DNA of 63,846 nt, the filler included, from Octopus bimaculoides (lineage: Eukaryota): NCBI RefSeq assembly GCF_001194135.2. It is 6 parts of 4 records of this genome, joined end to end, with 100 filler letters (N's around TTAATTAATTAA, not from the genome) between each part and the next. Parts side by side here need not be neighbours in the genome. Positions count along the whole stretch, not along the records: positions 17,713 to 37,355 come from NC_068992.1; 5 more parts are not named here. One strand, given 5' to 3'. Below are positions 25,063-36,532 of this stretch, piece after piece. Each line of letters begins with the position of its first letter. Within the stretch, counting starts at the first letter, position 1. The notes beneath the pieces are model-generated. The model searched no databases, was not told the DNA's origin, and saw only the letters and a list, made by a program, of their open reading frames with translations. The position numbers and the translations under genes are program-made.

Positions 25063-25388
25063 TTGAGCGTGGCCGTTGCCAGTACCGCCTGACTGGCTCC
25101 CATAGGATTTTCGAGCGAGATCGTTGCCAGTGCCCCTGGACTGGCTTGTGCGGGTGGCACATAAAAGACACCATTTCGAGCGTGGCCGTTTTCGTGCGGG
25201 TGACACGTAAAAGCACCCACTACACTCTCTGAGTGGTTGGCGTTAGGAAGGGCATCCAGCTGTAGAAACTCTGCCAAATTAGACTGGAGCCTGGTGTTGC
25301 CATCCGGTTTCACCAGTCCTCAGTCAAATCGTCCAACCCATGCTAGCATGGAAAGCGGACGTTAAACGATGATGATGATGATGATGAT
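25063..25388 (+). mobile_element. Family D retroposon 3' part (RTE-like tail) ending in (GAT)n
   Basis: Near-identical to 59610-60018: aaaagcacccactacactctc...ggcgttaggaagggcatccagctgtagaaac...catgctagcatggaaagcgga. Confidence 0.85.
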
Positions 25389-25500
25389 ATCATCATCATC
25401 ATTTAACATCCATCTCCCATGCATGCATGGGTAGGACGGTTTACAAGAGCTGGCCAGGTAGGAAAACTGCCCTATGCTATTGTGTCTATTTTGGTAGGGT
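25389..25500 (-). mobile_element. Diverged family D-like tail in opposite orientation
   Basis: (ATC)n-atttaacatccatctcccatgcatgcatgggtaggacg is the inverted counterpart of the adjacent tail. Confidence 0.6.
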
Positions 25501-25759
25501 TTATGTATTTTCACATGCGTATACCCCTGTGTGTGTCTATGTTTAGTAAGAGTGTGTGTGGGGGGAATGTGCCTGCATTATCTGTATCCCCTGTTTATAT
25601 ATGTTTGTTTAATTTGTTTTTATTTATTTTGTTAATGTATATAGTTATTTAATTCCATTTGTTTATCTATGTATTGTATTATATCATATTCGTGTTATCA
25701 GTTTATGGGGATTTTATTCTGTCATAGGTTGTTGTGTGTTGTGGGGATGTGCTAGTGTT

Positions 25760-25903
25760 TCATTCTAGTTTCCTATTCAGGCTGGGTTTATCTTCTATTA
25801 TGTGTATAGCTTCTGTAATTTGTCTAAGCGTTGCATCTGTTCTATTTGTGGACAAAATATTAACTTCTATGTTGTTGAGCGAACCCCCACATACAATAGG
25901 AAT
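25760..25903 (-). pseudogene. Penelope-like element GIY-YIG endonuclease C-terminal fragment
   Basis: IPIVCGGSLNNIEVNILSTNRTDATLRQITEAIHIIEDKPSLNRKLE*; RxIxEAIxI...PSLN is typical of the end of PLE ORFs. Confidence 0.6.
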
Positions 25904-26089
25904 ACAAAATGGCTGATCATTAGTAAGGAAAGACACACAAAAAAGAAAGAAGAAAGCAAAAGACCACTGATTAGTTCCCAGAAGTGTGACAAAAGAACTC
26001 TGGTCGAAATATGATTAATATAAAATAGAGCTGAAGCAAATGAACACCAAATATATAGTGCATGTGTTTCCATTGGCTAAACTGACAAC

Positions 26090-26245
26090 TTGACCATCTC
26101 CAAATACAACAATATCTGTTTCAACACACGAATTCACATCAAGAATCTTGCAAAATAAATATATAAATGTAATATATATATATGCATATACATACATACA
26201 GATATATATATACATATATAAATACATATACATACATATACATAC

Positions 26246-26298
<53 letters not shown>

Positions 26299-26515
26299 CA
26301 TATATGGGTACAGGATGTCACAAACAGTAAACAACATGAAATACGAAAACAAATGAGTTGAATACACAAACAACAAGAGAAACAAAAGGAAAACAGGACA
26401 AGTAGTATAAAGAACGACCCTTCATCAGTTGTCGGCTGCCTACCTACTCTTCATTTCAAGCACTGAATGACAAAGGAGGAGTCGATAGGCAGCAAACAAC
26501 TGATGAAGATATTGT
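26090..26515. mobile_element. Probable PLE-associated interspersed repeat with internal microsatellite and inverted end
   Basis: 26120-26160 is the reverse complement of 46975-47015 (gcaagattcttgatgtg..t.cgtgtgttgaaa); inverted arms cttcatcagttgt / acaactgatgaag. PLE link is inference. Confidence 0.5.
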
Positions 26516-26519
26516 TTCT

Positions 26520-27020
26520 GCTCTTCAGCATTGGTTACCAGTTTGTTGTATTTCTCCATCAGCTCTTCCTGCAATATTGCTTACCACTTTGAATTCCATA
26601 TGCGATATCTCTTGCATTCGCATAACTTTCATCATCACTCCATTCTTCAGTATTTTTTTCAAGAAATGTGCAAGGCACCTCCAGGATTTCAAAGAATCTT
26701 TTTGTGTTGGCAGTAAAGAAATCCTGCAGTTGTTTCTGCCCAACTGATTCAGGATTTATTGATGCTCGTTTGCTCGGTTTTGAGTCAACTTGGTTTTGCA
26801 TAGCATGCTTCATTTTTGTTTTTTGTCTCATGCAAAACAGCTGAATCAAAAGATGCAAGCGTTACAAGCTCCTCAGAGAGGTACCACAAATGTCTCAAAA
26901 ACTTACTGAGTGCAGCACTTGCAATATTGTCATCCTTTTGCTTGTAGAGCTGCAGACTTTGCACAAAATGCAAATCTGAACGGGGGTGAGGGGAGGCGCA
27001 TGAGGGTATGGCTACCAAGT
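26520..27020 (-). pseudogene. Frameshifted DNA-transposase relic, C-terminal part (hAT superfamily, possibly hATm-like)
   Basis: HLWYLSEELVTLASFD, LQDFFTANTKRFFEIL and FKVVSNIAGR (cf. LKVVNDxAER) across three frames. Confidence 0.55.
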
Positions 27021-27114
27021 ATCACTATCTGTTGTATATCACAGCTGAAAAGCAGCAAACATCTCTCAGTCCTTTTTCCTCTTTCTCTCAGTTAGTTTAA
27101 ACTGTGATTTAAAC

Positions 27115-27411
27115 CAGGGGTTTTCAAACTGTAATCCGCGGACCACAGGGGGTCCGCAAGGACAAGACAGGGGGTCTGTAGACAGCAAATACTTTTTATG
27201 GGCAATTTGATTTTATATATGTTTTTTAATCGAAATCTTTTAATTGACAATAAACCTATTTGTTAAATACTGTTAAATAAATAAATGTAAAAATATATGT
27301 TATTTTAAGCAAATATTTATGTTTAAATTTCATATGCATTTATAAGGGGGTCCCTAAGGTAAAGCCTGAAATATAAAGGGGTCCGCAAGTCAAAAAGTTT
27401 GAAAACCCCTG
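27115..27411. mobile_element. hAT (Charlie-type) MITE, 297 bp
   Basis: Perfect 16-bp TIR CAGGGGTTTTCAAACT / AGTTTGAAAACCCCTG and perfect 8-bp TSD ATTTAAAC (27107-27114; 27412-27419). Confidence 0.95.
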
Positions 27412-27459
27412 ATTTAAACATCTAAATTTTAATGCAGTAAAATTAGCTTGGCCATCTAT

Positions 27460-28918
27460 CATGCTCTGGTGATAACCGCCAGGTACTTTTAAGCTGATTC
27501 CTGATGGGTTATTGAATCCAGATATCAATTACAAAGCAGTGCCAAGCTCTGGATTACCTCAGGTATGGTCAGCTAATAGAGCTAGGCTCCAGATCATTGA
27601 TTCTAATTATGTCCACTAATAGAACCAAACTCTGTATTATACACTTTTAGGAGTGATTAGCTTATAAAAACAAACTCTGGATTATAGATCCCAGGTACGG
27701 TTACCTAATAGTGTCCAGCTCTGAATTACTGATTAAGGGTATGGTCACCCGACAGTACAATGCTGTGATTCTTTATACCAAATATGGTCACCTGATGCTG
27801 CCAAATTCTGGAGATATATAATAACATAAAACACTTGATTACTGATTTCTGATATGGTTGACCTTATTGTGTAAAATTCTGCATTATTGATCTTGACTAT
27901 TGTCGCCTAATATTACCAATTCTAAATTATTGATCCTAGCAATGTTTATCTAACAGTTCCAAGTTTTGGGTTATTGAGCTCAAGAATGGTCAACTAACAG
28001 AGCCAAACTTTAGATTATTGATCCCAGATATGAAAGGCCTAAAGGGTCCAATTCTGGATTATGGATTCTAAGTATTGTCATCTAATATTGTCAGGTTTTG
28101 GATTACTGATTACATATTTAGTCACCAGATAGTGCCAAGCTCTAATTGTTGATTTCAAGTATGGTTACCTACGAGTGTCAAGGGGTGGATTATAGATCCT
28201 AGGTATGATTGCCTACCTGTGCAAAGTTTGGGATTATTGATCCCAAATACAATCGCCTAATCATGTCAAGGTCTGGATTATTGATTCCAGTTATTGTCTT
28301 GTAATAAGTGCCAAGTTCCAAATTATTGATTCTAGATATATTGATCCAAGGTAAACGTCACCTAATAGTGTCAAGTTCTGGGTTATTGATCTCAAGTATG
28401 ATTGCATCATAGTGACATGGGCTGGCTTATTGCTACCAAGTATTGTTTATGTGATAATAATTCCAAGCTATGAATTATTGATCCCAAGTACACTTACCTA
28501 AGCGTGCTATACTCTGAATAATTATTTTCACCTAATAATGACAAGCTGTGGATCACTGGTCCTACCTATGTTCACCCAGTGGTGCTAATTTCTGGATTAT
28601 GAATCTCAAGTAATATCATTTAATGGTGCCAAGCTCTGGGTTATTACAAAACAATAACTGGAATAAATAATTCAGTGCTTGACATGATAAGGCAATCATA
28701 CATGGGATCAATGATCCTAAACTTTACACTAGTTGGTGATCATACTTAGGATCGATAATCTACAAATTGACCCTCTTGTCCAACAGTGTCAAGTTCTGAG
28801 TAATTGATTGCAAGTATGGTTGTTCAATTATGCCAAGCTCTGGAGCACTGATCCCAGATATGTTTACTTAATGATCAAGTTCTGGAGTTGAGAGACTAGG
28901 TATGGTCTCCTAATTGTG
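27460..28918. repeat. Highly diverged 44-bp tandem array (about 30 units) with an inverted block at 28649-28771
   Basis: Approximate consensus GTCAAGYTCTGGATTATTGATCCCARGTATGGTCACCTAATAGT; period counted by hand on several units. Confidence 0.85.
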
Positions 28919-29409
28919 AATTGGAGACATTAGTTGTGCCAACAGGGAGAGATTGAAAATTTTAAGACTGCTTCCGAGAACTAAGAAGAAAGAGTTATGA
29001 AGTAATCAACATAGAAGGGAATAGTAGGTTTGGCACCAACTTCAAACATTGAAATTTATGCACATCTCCTCAGTGCATGCCATTATGTGTTGGTGTTGGT
29101 GAAAATATTGTCCCTTTCTTGATGGCAAGGACTACGCATTGGATTATATTTGGTTCAATAAAACACAATTTATTCAGTATCTGCATTTGAAGCAGACTAC
29201 AAGATATTCCTAGGTATGGAACAAATGTCAATAGATTGAAGATGCATCAAGGAATTATATTATGCAAAGATTCCAGATTAACTGGAATCATAACCAGAAA
29301 GACAAAATGATGGCAGCAGCTTCATTTATTTATTATGTCGATACAGGCTTATCTGTTTTACTGCGGAACACAGATATATCATCGCAAATTTTCAGTACTT
29401 TTAACTCAC

Positions 29410-29629
29410 TTTACTCTCTCTTTCTCTTTTACTTGTTTCAGTCATTTGACTGCGGCCATGCTGGAGCACCGCCTTTAGTCGAATCAAATCGACCCCAGGA
29501 CTTATTCTTTGTAAGCCTAGTACTTGTTCTATCGGATATCTTTTTGCCGAACCGCTAAGTTACGGGGATGTAAACACACCAGCATCGGTTGTCAAGCGAT
29601 GGTGTGGGGACAAACACAGACACACAAAC

Positions 29630-29660
<31 letters not shown>

Positions 29661-29820
29661 TACGACGGGCTTCTTTCAGTTTCCGTCTACCAAATCCACT
29701 CACAAGGCTTTGGTCGGCCCGAGGCTATAGTAGAAGACACTTGCCCAAGATGCCACGCAGTGGGACTGAACCCGGGACCATATGGTTGGTAAGCAAGTCA
29801 CTTACCACACAGCCACTCCT
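29410..29820 (-). mobile_element. tRNA-derived SINE family B, full length, with internal (TA/CA)n
   Basis: Minus strand starts aggagtggctgtgtggtaag (A box), gggttcagtccc (B box), cttgggcaagtgtctt; ends gactgaaacaagtaaaagag; many partial copies elsewhere. Confidence 0.9.
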
Positions 29821-30954
29821 ACATATAATTTTTTTTCGAAATTTCATGTGATGTATGTCAGTATGTATGTGTATGAGCAAACCGATTACTTTTTCATATT
29901 AAATTCAGACAAAATCGTAATCTACACCATCTGAAGCGTATTTGTAGAAAATTTCATTACAAAACATTAATTTTTCTGGAAGTTATGAGGCAACAAAATC
30001 GTGTGTGTGACAGAGTACCGCATTTCTAGGTATGCTCCGCTAACATCGGTTGTCAAGCGGTGGTGGGCACAAACGCAAACACCCATCCATGCACACACAC
30101 ACACACGCACATGCTCGCACGTACGCACGCACACACACACACAATCTTTTATCTTTTGTTCCAGTCATCAGATTGCACAAATCGCCCTAATACTAATTCT
30201 CTCTCTCTCTCTTCCCCTCTCCCTCTCTCTCTCAATTTATATATTAAAATCAAAAGTTCTGCAAAACGATGTTTTATTGTACAGTCTAAGGGAGGTAACT
30301 CAAATCGGGGGCATTTACTCGTGTTAACATTTGGAATCTGTCGGCAACAAAAATTCTTCAAAACGCGTTTGTGAGATTATCGTCAGACCTTGAGATTGCA
30401 TTAGAATCTCATAAATTTCAATAAAATACTTCCAGAATAAACACAGTGTGATTATGCGTATGTTTATCCACGTCTAAATATGTTTATACACCAATATATA
30501 AGCTTCAGGCATGGTTATGTCGGGGAACAATTTTGCTTCGTAACTATGAATTTTTGGGATTAGTCTCACTACGCACGACATTGGAGCCAGTGTATGCAAC
30601 TAACGATTCGAGAATAACTAATATATCTTGTTTGTAGACAGATATATTGTGGAAAATCGTTGTAGATCGACGAATTATGAGAAACAGAAGACACGCTATA
30701 TACCGGTGATTTCGAATTAAAGTACATCGAAGTATATGTTCCGCATGGGACCCGCAATGCGGAAATAATTCCCTGTCGCTCTTCTCATCAAAGCTGGTAT
30801 TGGTAGACTAATGCACTGAAAAGCTTGTAATCAACGAAGTTCTTATCGAGAAAGTGATATGGTGTTACTGATAACGCTATTATTCACATTTTATTCACAT
30901 ATAAAATTGATAAAACCGTTATAACATTATAATGATGAAGGAAAATGTTGCATT

Positions 30955-31810
30955 CAGTGCTTAGGTGCACCACAACTGAATAGAAAAAAAAAAGAAAGAA
31001 GGGCCATCAGGTGTACTGTTGGCGGATTTCAGGAAGCATGGAAGTTTTGAAGTATGTAGTGTCTCGACAGCTAACAACTGATGCGGGTAGTTTATTCCGT
31101 GCTTCAGCAATTCTGAGCGTGAAAAAATGTTTCCGAAAGTCACGGGTGCTGTTTTTTAAAAAAATTTTATAAGCATGTCCGCGAGCATTTGCCACATGGA
31201 ATTCAAGAAGGTACCCAAGGTTGTTGCTGGAAAGATGGTAGATAATCTTGTGAGTGTCTACCAAGTTAGTTGCCGGACGTCTGAGCTTCAATGTATCCAT
31301 GCCCAGGGAAGCAAAACGCTCAGAGTATGATAAATGTCTGACGACGGGTATTCGTTTGGTTGCACGTTTCTGAACAGTCTCCAGGAGATTTATACGCTGA
31401 GCAAGATAGAGGTTGAAGACTGGAGATGCTAATTCCAAGTGTGGACGTACCATTGTCGTATACAATATTAAATAGATAGCTAGAGAGCGGCTGATAAAGG
31501 TCTTATTGAGTGATGCTAGCACCCCGCTCAGCCTTCTTGACAATTTTAGGGATGTGGTTTGTCCAACGCAGATCTTTGTTTACAATGGTGCCCAGATCAC
31601 ATCCGCTTGAAGACTTCTTGAGATTGGTGTTGCCGAGGGAGTATGTAAAGGCTGAATTTTTCCTCCCCAAATGAATGGGGACGCACTTGTCCACAGCTAG
31701 CTTGAGTTGCCAGTCAGAGATCAATTGCTGCATTGTATCCAGGTCTGATTGCAGGAAAGATCTATAGTGCATAGGATCTGTTGTTTTTATTTCGCGGTAC
31801 AGCTTGATGT
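30955..31810 (-). mobile_element. 5'-truncated CR1-group LINE (ORF2 from just after the YADD motif to the stop, plus short 3' UTR)
   Basis: LQSDLD...WQLKLAVDKC...DLG...DLRWTNHI; LYTTMVRPHLELASPV...LETVQKRATKRIP...LSYSERF...FFTLR...NKLP; one frameshift near 31520. Confidence 0.9.
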
Positions 31811-33043
31811 ATTGGTTGTTGTTTAGCACTCCCGGTCAAGGTCTGATCGAGCAGATATAAGATAAGCGCCATGGCAACCACGACCATCTCATCTTAGAGT
31901 TATTCCACGATTACCATTATCTAACGTTCCTTTTTTTACCTTTCCTTCGTAAAGTGTGTTGAGTGTTATTTAAGCGAGATTTAGCTGCTATTTCTGAAAG
32001 GTGAAGTTAAATGGCATTTTGTCGAATCATCTTCAACACATGCTTTCAATAATTTTATCATAATTTTGAATAACGAGTTAAATAGTGAGTCCACACAACT
32101 AGGGAATTTCCACAATTCATTTTCCGAATTATTTTTGCTCCAACTGTTACTCAGAGTTAATTCCCTTGATTTGAGTTACCTCCAGTTGACTGTACACTCT
32201 AGTATTATCTCNNNNNNNNNNNNNNNNNNNNNNNNNNNNNNNNNNNNNNNNNNNNNNNNNNNNNNNNNNNNNNNNNNNNNNNNNNNNNNNNNNNNNNNNN
32301 NNNNNNNNNNNNNNNNNNNNNNNNNNNNNNNNNNNNNNNNNNNNNNNNNNNNNNNNNNNNNNNNNNNNNNNNNNNNNNNNNNNNNNNNNNNNNNNNNNNN
32401 NNNNNNNNNNNNNNNNNNNNNNNNNNNNNNNNNNNNNNNNNNNNNNNNNNNNNNNNNNNNNNNNNNNNNNNNNNNNNNNNNNNNNNNNNNNNNNNNNNNN
32501 NNNNNNNNNNNNNNNNNNNNNNNNNNNNNNNNNNNNNNNNNNNNNNNNNNNNNNNNNNNNNNNNNNNNNNNNNNNNNNNNNNNNNNNNNNNNNNNNNNNN
32601 NNNNNNNNNNNNNNNNNNNNNNNNNNNNNNNNNNNNNNNNNNNNNNNNNNNNNNNNNNNNNNNNNNNNNNNNNNNNNNNNNNNNNNNNNNNNNNNNNNNN
32701 NNNNNNNNNNNNNNNNNNNNNNNNNNNNNNNNNNNNNNNNNNNNNNNNNNNNNNNNNNNNNNNNNNNNNNNNNNNNNNNNNNNNNNNNNNNNNNNNNNNN
32801 NNNNNNNNNNNNNNNNNNNNNNNNNNNNNNNNNNNNNNNNNNNNNNNNNNNNNNNNNNNNNNNNNNNNNNNNNNNNNNNNNNNNNNNNNNNNNNNNNNNN
32901 NNNNNNNNNNNNNNNNNNNNNNNNNNNNNNNNNNNNNNNNNNNNNNNNNNNNNNNNNNNNNNNNNNNNNNNNNNNNNNNNNNNNNNNNNNNNNNNNNNNN
33001 NNNNNNNNNNNNNTATACACACGCATATCTATACATATATACA

Positions 33044-33124
<81 letters not shown>

Positions 33125-33137
33125 ATATATATCCTCC

Positions 33138-33400
33138 CAGCCGCCTGGAGTACTGCTCTCAACTGTGGTCACAACATAGTGCCAAACTAACAGCGAGCCT
33201 GAAGCGAGCCAACGTCACAACACTCAAAAGACAGTTACAGTGCAGCAGATGAACTACTGGAAGAGGGTGACAAAGCGACGACATCACTCTTTGGATTGAA
33301 GATGCGACAGGTATGTAATAATCTATATGTGATAAATTCTGAAAATAGTTAATATCTAATTTCAGCTGAGAGTGTTATAGAGATTGCCTGATGGGTTATA
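33138..33400 (+). pseudogene. Degenerate CR1-group LINE ORF2 fragment
   Basis: RLEYCSQLWS, MNYWKR and RYVIIYM**IL motifs across frameshifts. Confidence 0.65.
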
Positions 33401-33425
33401 AAATACACAATGGTATCCCCTAACC

Positions 33426-33713
33426 CAGTGCTACTCAAAGTTTTAGTTAGACAGTCGGATTCCCCCAGTTCCGAGTCGACTGTTCACCGCCGGCCGAACG
33501 CCTGCCGCGCGTCGCTACCGGTATGCGGCGAGTTTCCAGAACAGAAAGAAATATTATAAAATGCTTATGAAATGCTTATCTAATATTGTATTATTTGTTT
33601 ACGAAATAAATATAAGATTAAAAAAAATTTGCCAACTTTTTTTATATTCATTATATATATTGTTTCCGGTATAAATTAATATTACTAAGAAATATTACCG
33701 GTCCCTGGCACAG
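33426..33713. mobile_element. Probable hAT MITE, left end; right end lost in the gap
   Basis: Starts CAGTGCTACTCAAAGT (hAT-like TIR) followed by GC-rich subterminal sequence; partner TIR not visible. Confidence 0.4.
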
Positions 33714-34342
33714 NNNNNNNNNNNNNNNNNNNNNNNNNNNNNNNNNNNNNNNNNNNNNNNNNNNNNNNNNNNNNNNNNNNNNNNNNNNGGGGAAACTGCT
33801 GGTACGCCACATTAGATAGTTTGAGAATCACTGCACTAAACCATCTAGTGTCAGTGGAGGTACTGTAAATAGGTTGGGGGTTCAAAGCCTCACAGCTCTT
33901 CAATACCCCGCAAAAAAAAAAAAGAAACATGTGCAATGTGGATGTGGATGTCTTCAAAAAGGAACTGGTGATTCTATTCTCTACGATATCAGATGAACCG
34001 ATTGCCCGGCATGAAGTATAGATGACGGAAAAGCACATACAGGAGTGATAATATGAAATCTTACCATCCTAAAAAGTCAGCCAAAGAAAATGTACAAAAT
34101 CACGATGGTGCTCCAGCATGACCACAGCCACGTTGCTGAAACGAATAAAAGAATATGTATGTATTGTGTCTTTCATTTTTTTTTCATTCATTTCAATCCG
34201 TTTCACCCTGCTTGCTTTTACGGATACTAATACCATGCTTAAAAATAAGTACCAGGATTGATCCGTTCAACTAAAGCCCCAATATTGCATGACGACAATC
34301 AAATGACTGGAACAAACAAAAGTATAAAAAGTAATATATATA

Positions 34343-34564
34343 CGAGAGGGTACTGAAAAGTTACTGGCTTTTACGATGTCCCAAAAGGCCTGGTTGGAGG
34401 CCCAACCTTCCGAGTTCTTTTACAGGGTTTACAAAAGCTGAAGGATCGCTGCAATAAGTAGGTGAATTTGAGAGGGGAATATGTTGAATAAAATCATAAT
34501 TAACTGATCCTCATGTATTTTGTTTTACTCAAACTTAAAACCAGGAGCTTTTCAGCATCCTTCG
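34343..34564 (+). mobile_element. mariner internal-deletion derivative
   Basis: Imperfect ~30-bp TIRs (ta-cgagagggtactgaaaagttactggcttt / aaaaccaggagcttttcagcatccttcg); internal GLQKLKDRCNK*VNLRGEYVE* is the mariner transposase C-terminus. Confidence 0.8.
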
Positions 34565-35104
34565 TGTATCTACATACATACATACATACATACATACATA
34601 CATACATACGTACATATNNNNNNNNNNNNNNNNNNNNNNNNNNNNNNNNNNNNNNNNNNNNNNNNNNNNNNNNNNNNNNNNNNNNNNNNNNNNNNNNNNN
34701 NNNNNNNNNNNNNNNNNNNNNNNNNNNNNNNNNNNNNNNNNNNNNNNNNNNNNNNNNNNNNNNNNNNNNNNNNNNNNNNNNNNNNNNNNNNNNNNNNNNN
34801 NNNNNNNNNNNNNNNNNNNNNNNNNNNNNNNNNNNNNNNNNNNNNNNNNNNNNNNNNNNNNNNNNNNNNNNNNNNNNNNNNNNNNNNNNNNNNNNNNNNN
34901 NNNNNNNNNNNNNNNNNNNNNNNNNNNNNNNNNNNNNNNNNNNNNNNNNNNNNNNNNNNNNNNNNNNNNNNNNNNNNNNNNNNNNNNNNNNNNNNNNNNN
35001 NNNNNNNNNNNNNNNNNNNNNNNNNNNNNNNNNNNNNNNNNNNNNNNNNNNNNNNNNNNNNNNNNNNNNNNNNNNNNNNNNNNNNNNNNNNNNNNNNNNN
35101 NNNN

Positions 35105-35144
<40 letters not shown>

Positions 35145-35280
35145 TACGTGCGTGCTGCTGTTTTTATCCCGACCGGCCGGTCTAATAGAGCAACTCAGTC
35201 ACTGTTGATCACTGTTTTTTAGTTAAAGCTATGGCTTTGAATTTGCCCGGAGTTGCCTCTCTTCGGTATTTTCCACTGAG

Positions 35281-36393
35281 AACATTCAACCCTCAAAAGT
35301 GAAGAATTGTGGCTAATTCTGATATGCCTCGGTTGGAGGGTGGTTAAAATAAAGGTAGCAAAGGTACAACCAGAAGTAAGCATCTCTTCACTGGTAGCAA
35401 CCGTATTATACGGCATAGAGAACAAAACAATAATTCTGCAAGTGCACAAAATGGAAAAGGAAAATTGGTCAGGCACAGGAATGGAATTATCGACACAGAT
35501 CAATTAGAAAGTATCGAAGCTATGCTGGATCTGATCAAGCTCCCTAATGGTACACAGCTATTCGTATCAGTCGAATGCAGAAAGCTGAGACGCCACATTT
35601 GTGGCGAGACAAACCACTCGCGTTGACGAAAACAAACTGGCTGGTCTGTTCCAGAGGACTTTCGGGTCGTGGCCTATGGATAATTTCCAGAAACCTCTGG
35701 CTTGATAGTGCTACTGGAGAGCATTGGTGGTTCGGGATAAACTTATCAGGCATGGGATTGCCGTCAGCTGGGTTTGGGTTTGTCAGAGATGCGTGCAGAG
35801 CGACAAAACTGGTCTGCACACTCTCGTCCGATGCTCTAGCATTACTGACTTGTGGATTTATGTCGAATACCAGCTATCGCGCGTAGGACGGATCCGGCTA
35901 TCTACTGAGTTCGTTGTGAAGAGCGTTCCACCGTCTTTGGCCGAGAAGAGCAGGTAGAGTTTCTTTGTCTGGTGGCCTTAGCGAAAGAGGTTGTATGGGG
36001 GTCCAGATTGAAAGGGCTGAAGATGGTTACTTTCCTCTTTGACCAAGTCCTCATCAACATTTTCAAGTTTCACTTGAAAAACCAAGTGTTGTTTGAGAGG
36101 GAAGTGCTACCTCCCAGCAATTTTATTGAACGCTGGGTGGTGAATGTGGCAAGAATGGTTCGAGTGGACAGGCCTATTCTAAGCATGGCTGAAGGAGTCC
36201 GATGAGGAGAGGGGCGACCTTGGTTTTGTGGACTTGTCACGAGCAGCCCAAGGGAGTCTCCCTTTTTTGGAGAATTTTACCTTGTTAAAATTTATTTTGT
36301 TTACACGCTTCGTTTTATGTAACTTCACGTTGTATTGTCCTGTACCGTCCTCAATGCTTTTTGTGAACCCTTAGTAGTTAATAAAGAAAACAC
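35281..36393 (+). mobile_element. L1/Tx1-like LINE derivative: ORF1 fragment joined to ORF2 C-terminus and 3' UTR
   Basis: LPNGTQLFVSVECRKLRRHICGETNHSR (gag-like knuckle remnant), then NFQKPLA**CYWRALVVRDKL...CQRC-x8-H-x4-C (zf-RVT type)...FIERW; AATAAA and (AAT)n tail. Confidence 0.7.
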
Positions 36394-36451
<58 letters not shown>

Positions 36452-36532
36452 TAGTTGTGATGCATGTGCCTGGTGTACCCTTATCAGACAGGTAGTCATG
36501 ATGGGTATACTGGGCTTCGTATATTTTACCCC
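36394..36532 (+). mobile_element. (AAT)n followed by a 5'-truncated copy of family F repeat
   Basis: 36452-36532 is the reverse complement of about 41510-41590 (gttgtgatgcatgtgcctggtgtacccttatcagac...). Confidence 0.8.

Noticed and set aside
27460-28918. 44-bp array as a CRISPR array or a coding repeat
   Set aside because: Contiguous diverged units without unique spacers, eukaryotic context, no cas genes; period not divisible by 3 and no ORF.
29740-29820. SINE heads (also 6633, 12326, 43060-43145, 58146, 61370-61436) as tRNA genes
   Set aside because: A/B boxes are present but no convincing cloverleaf, and each runs into a SINE body.
33138-33316. Exon ending at CAG|GTATGT (33311)
   Set aside because: The region translates as CR1-group ORF2 motifs that continue through the apparent donor.
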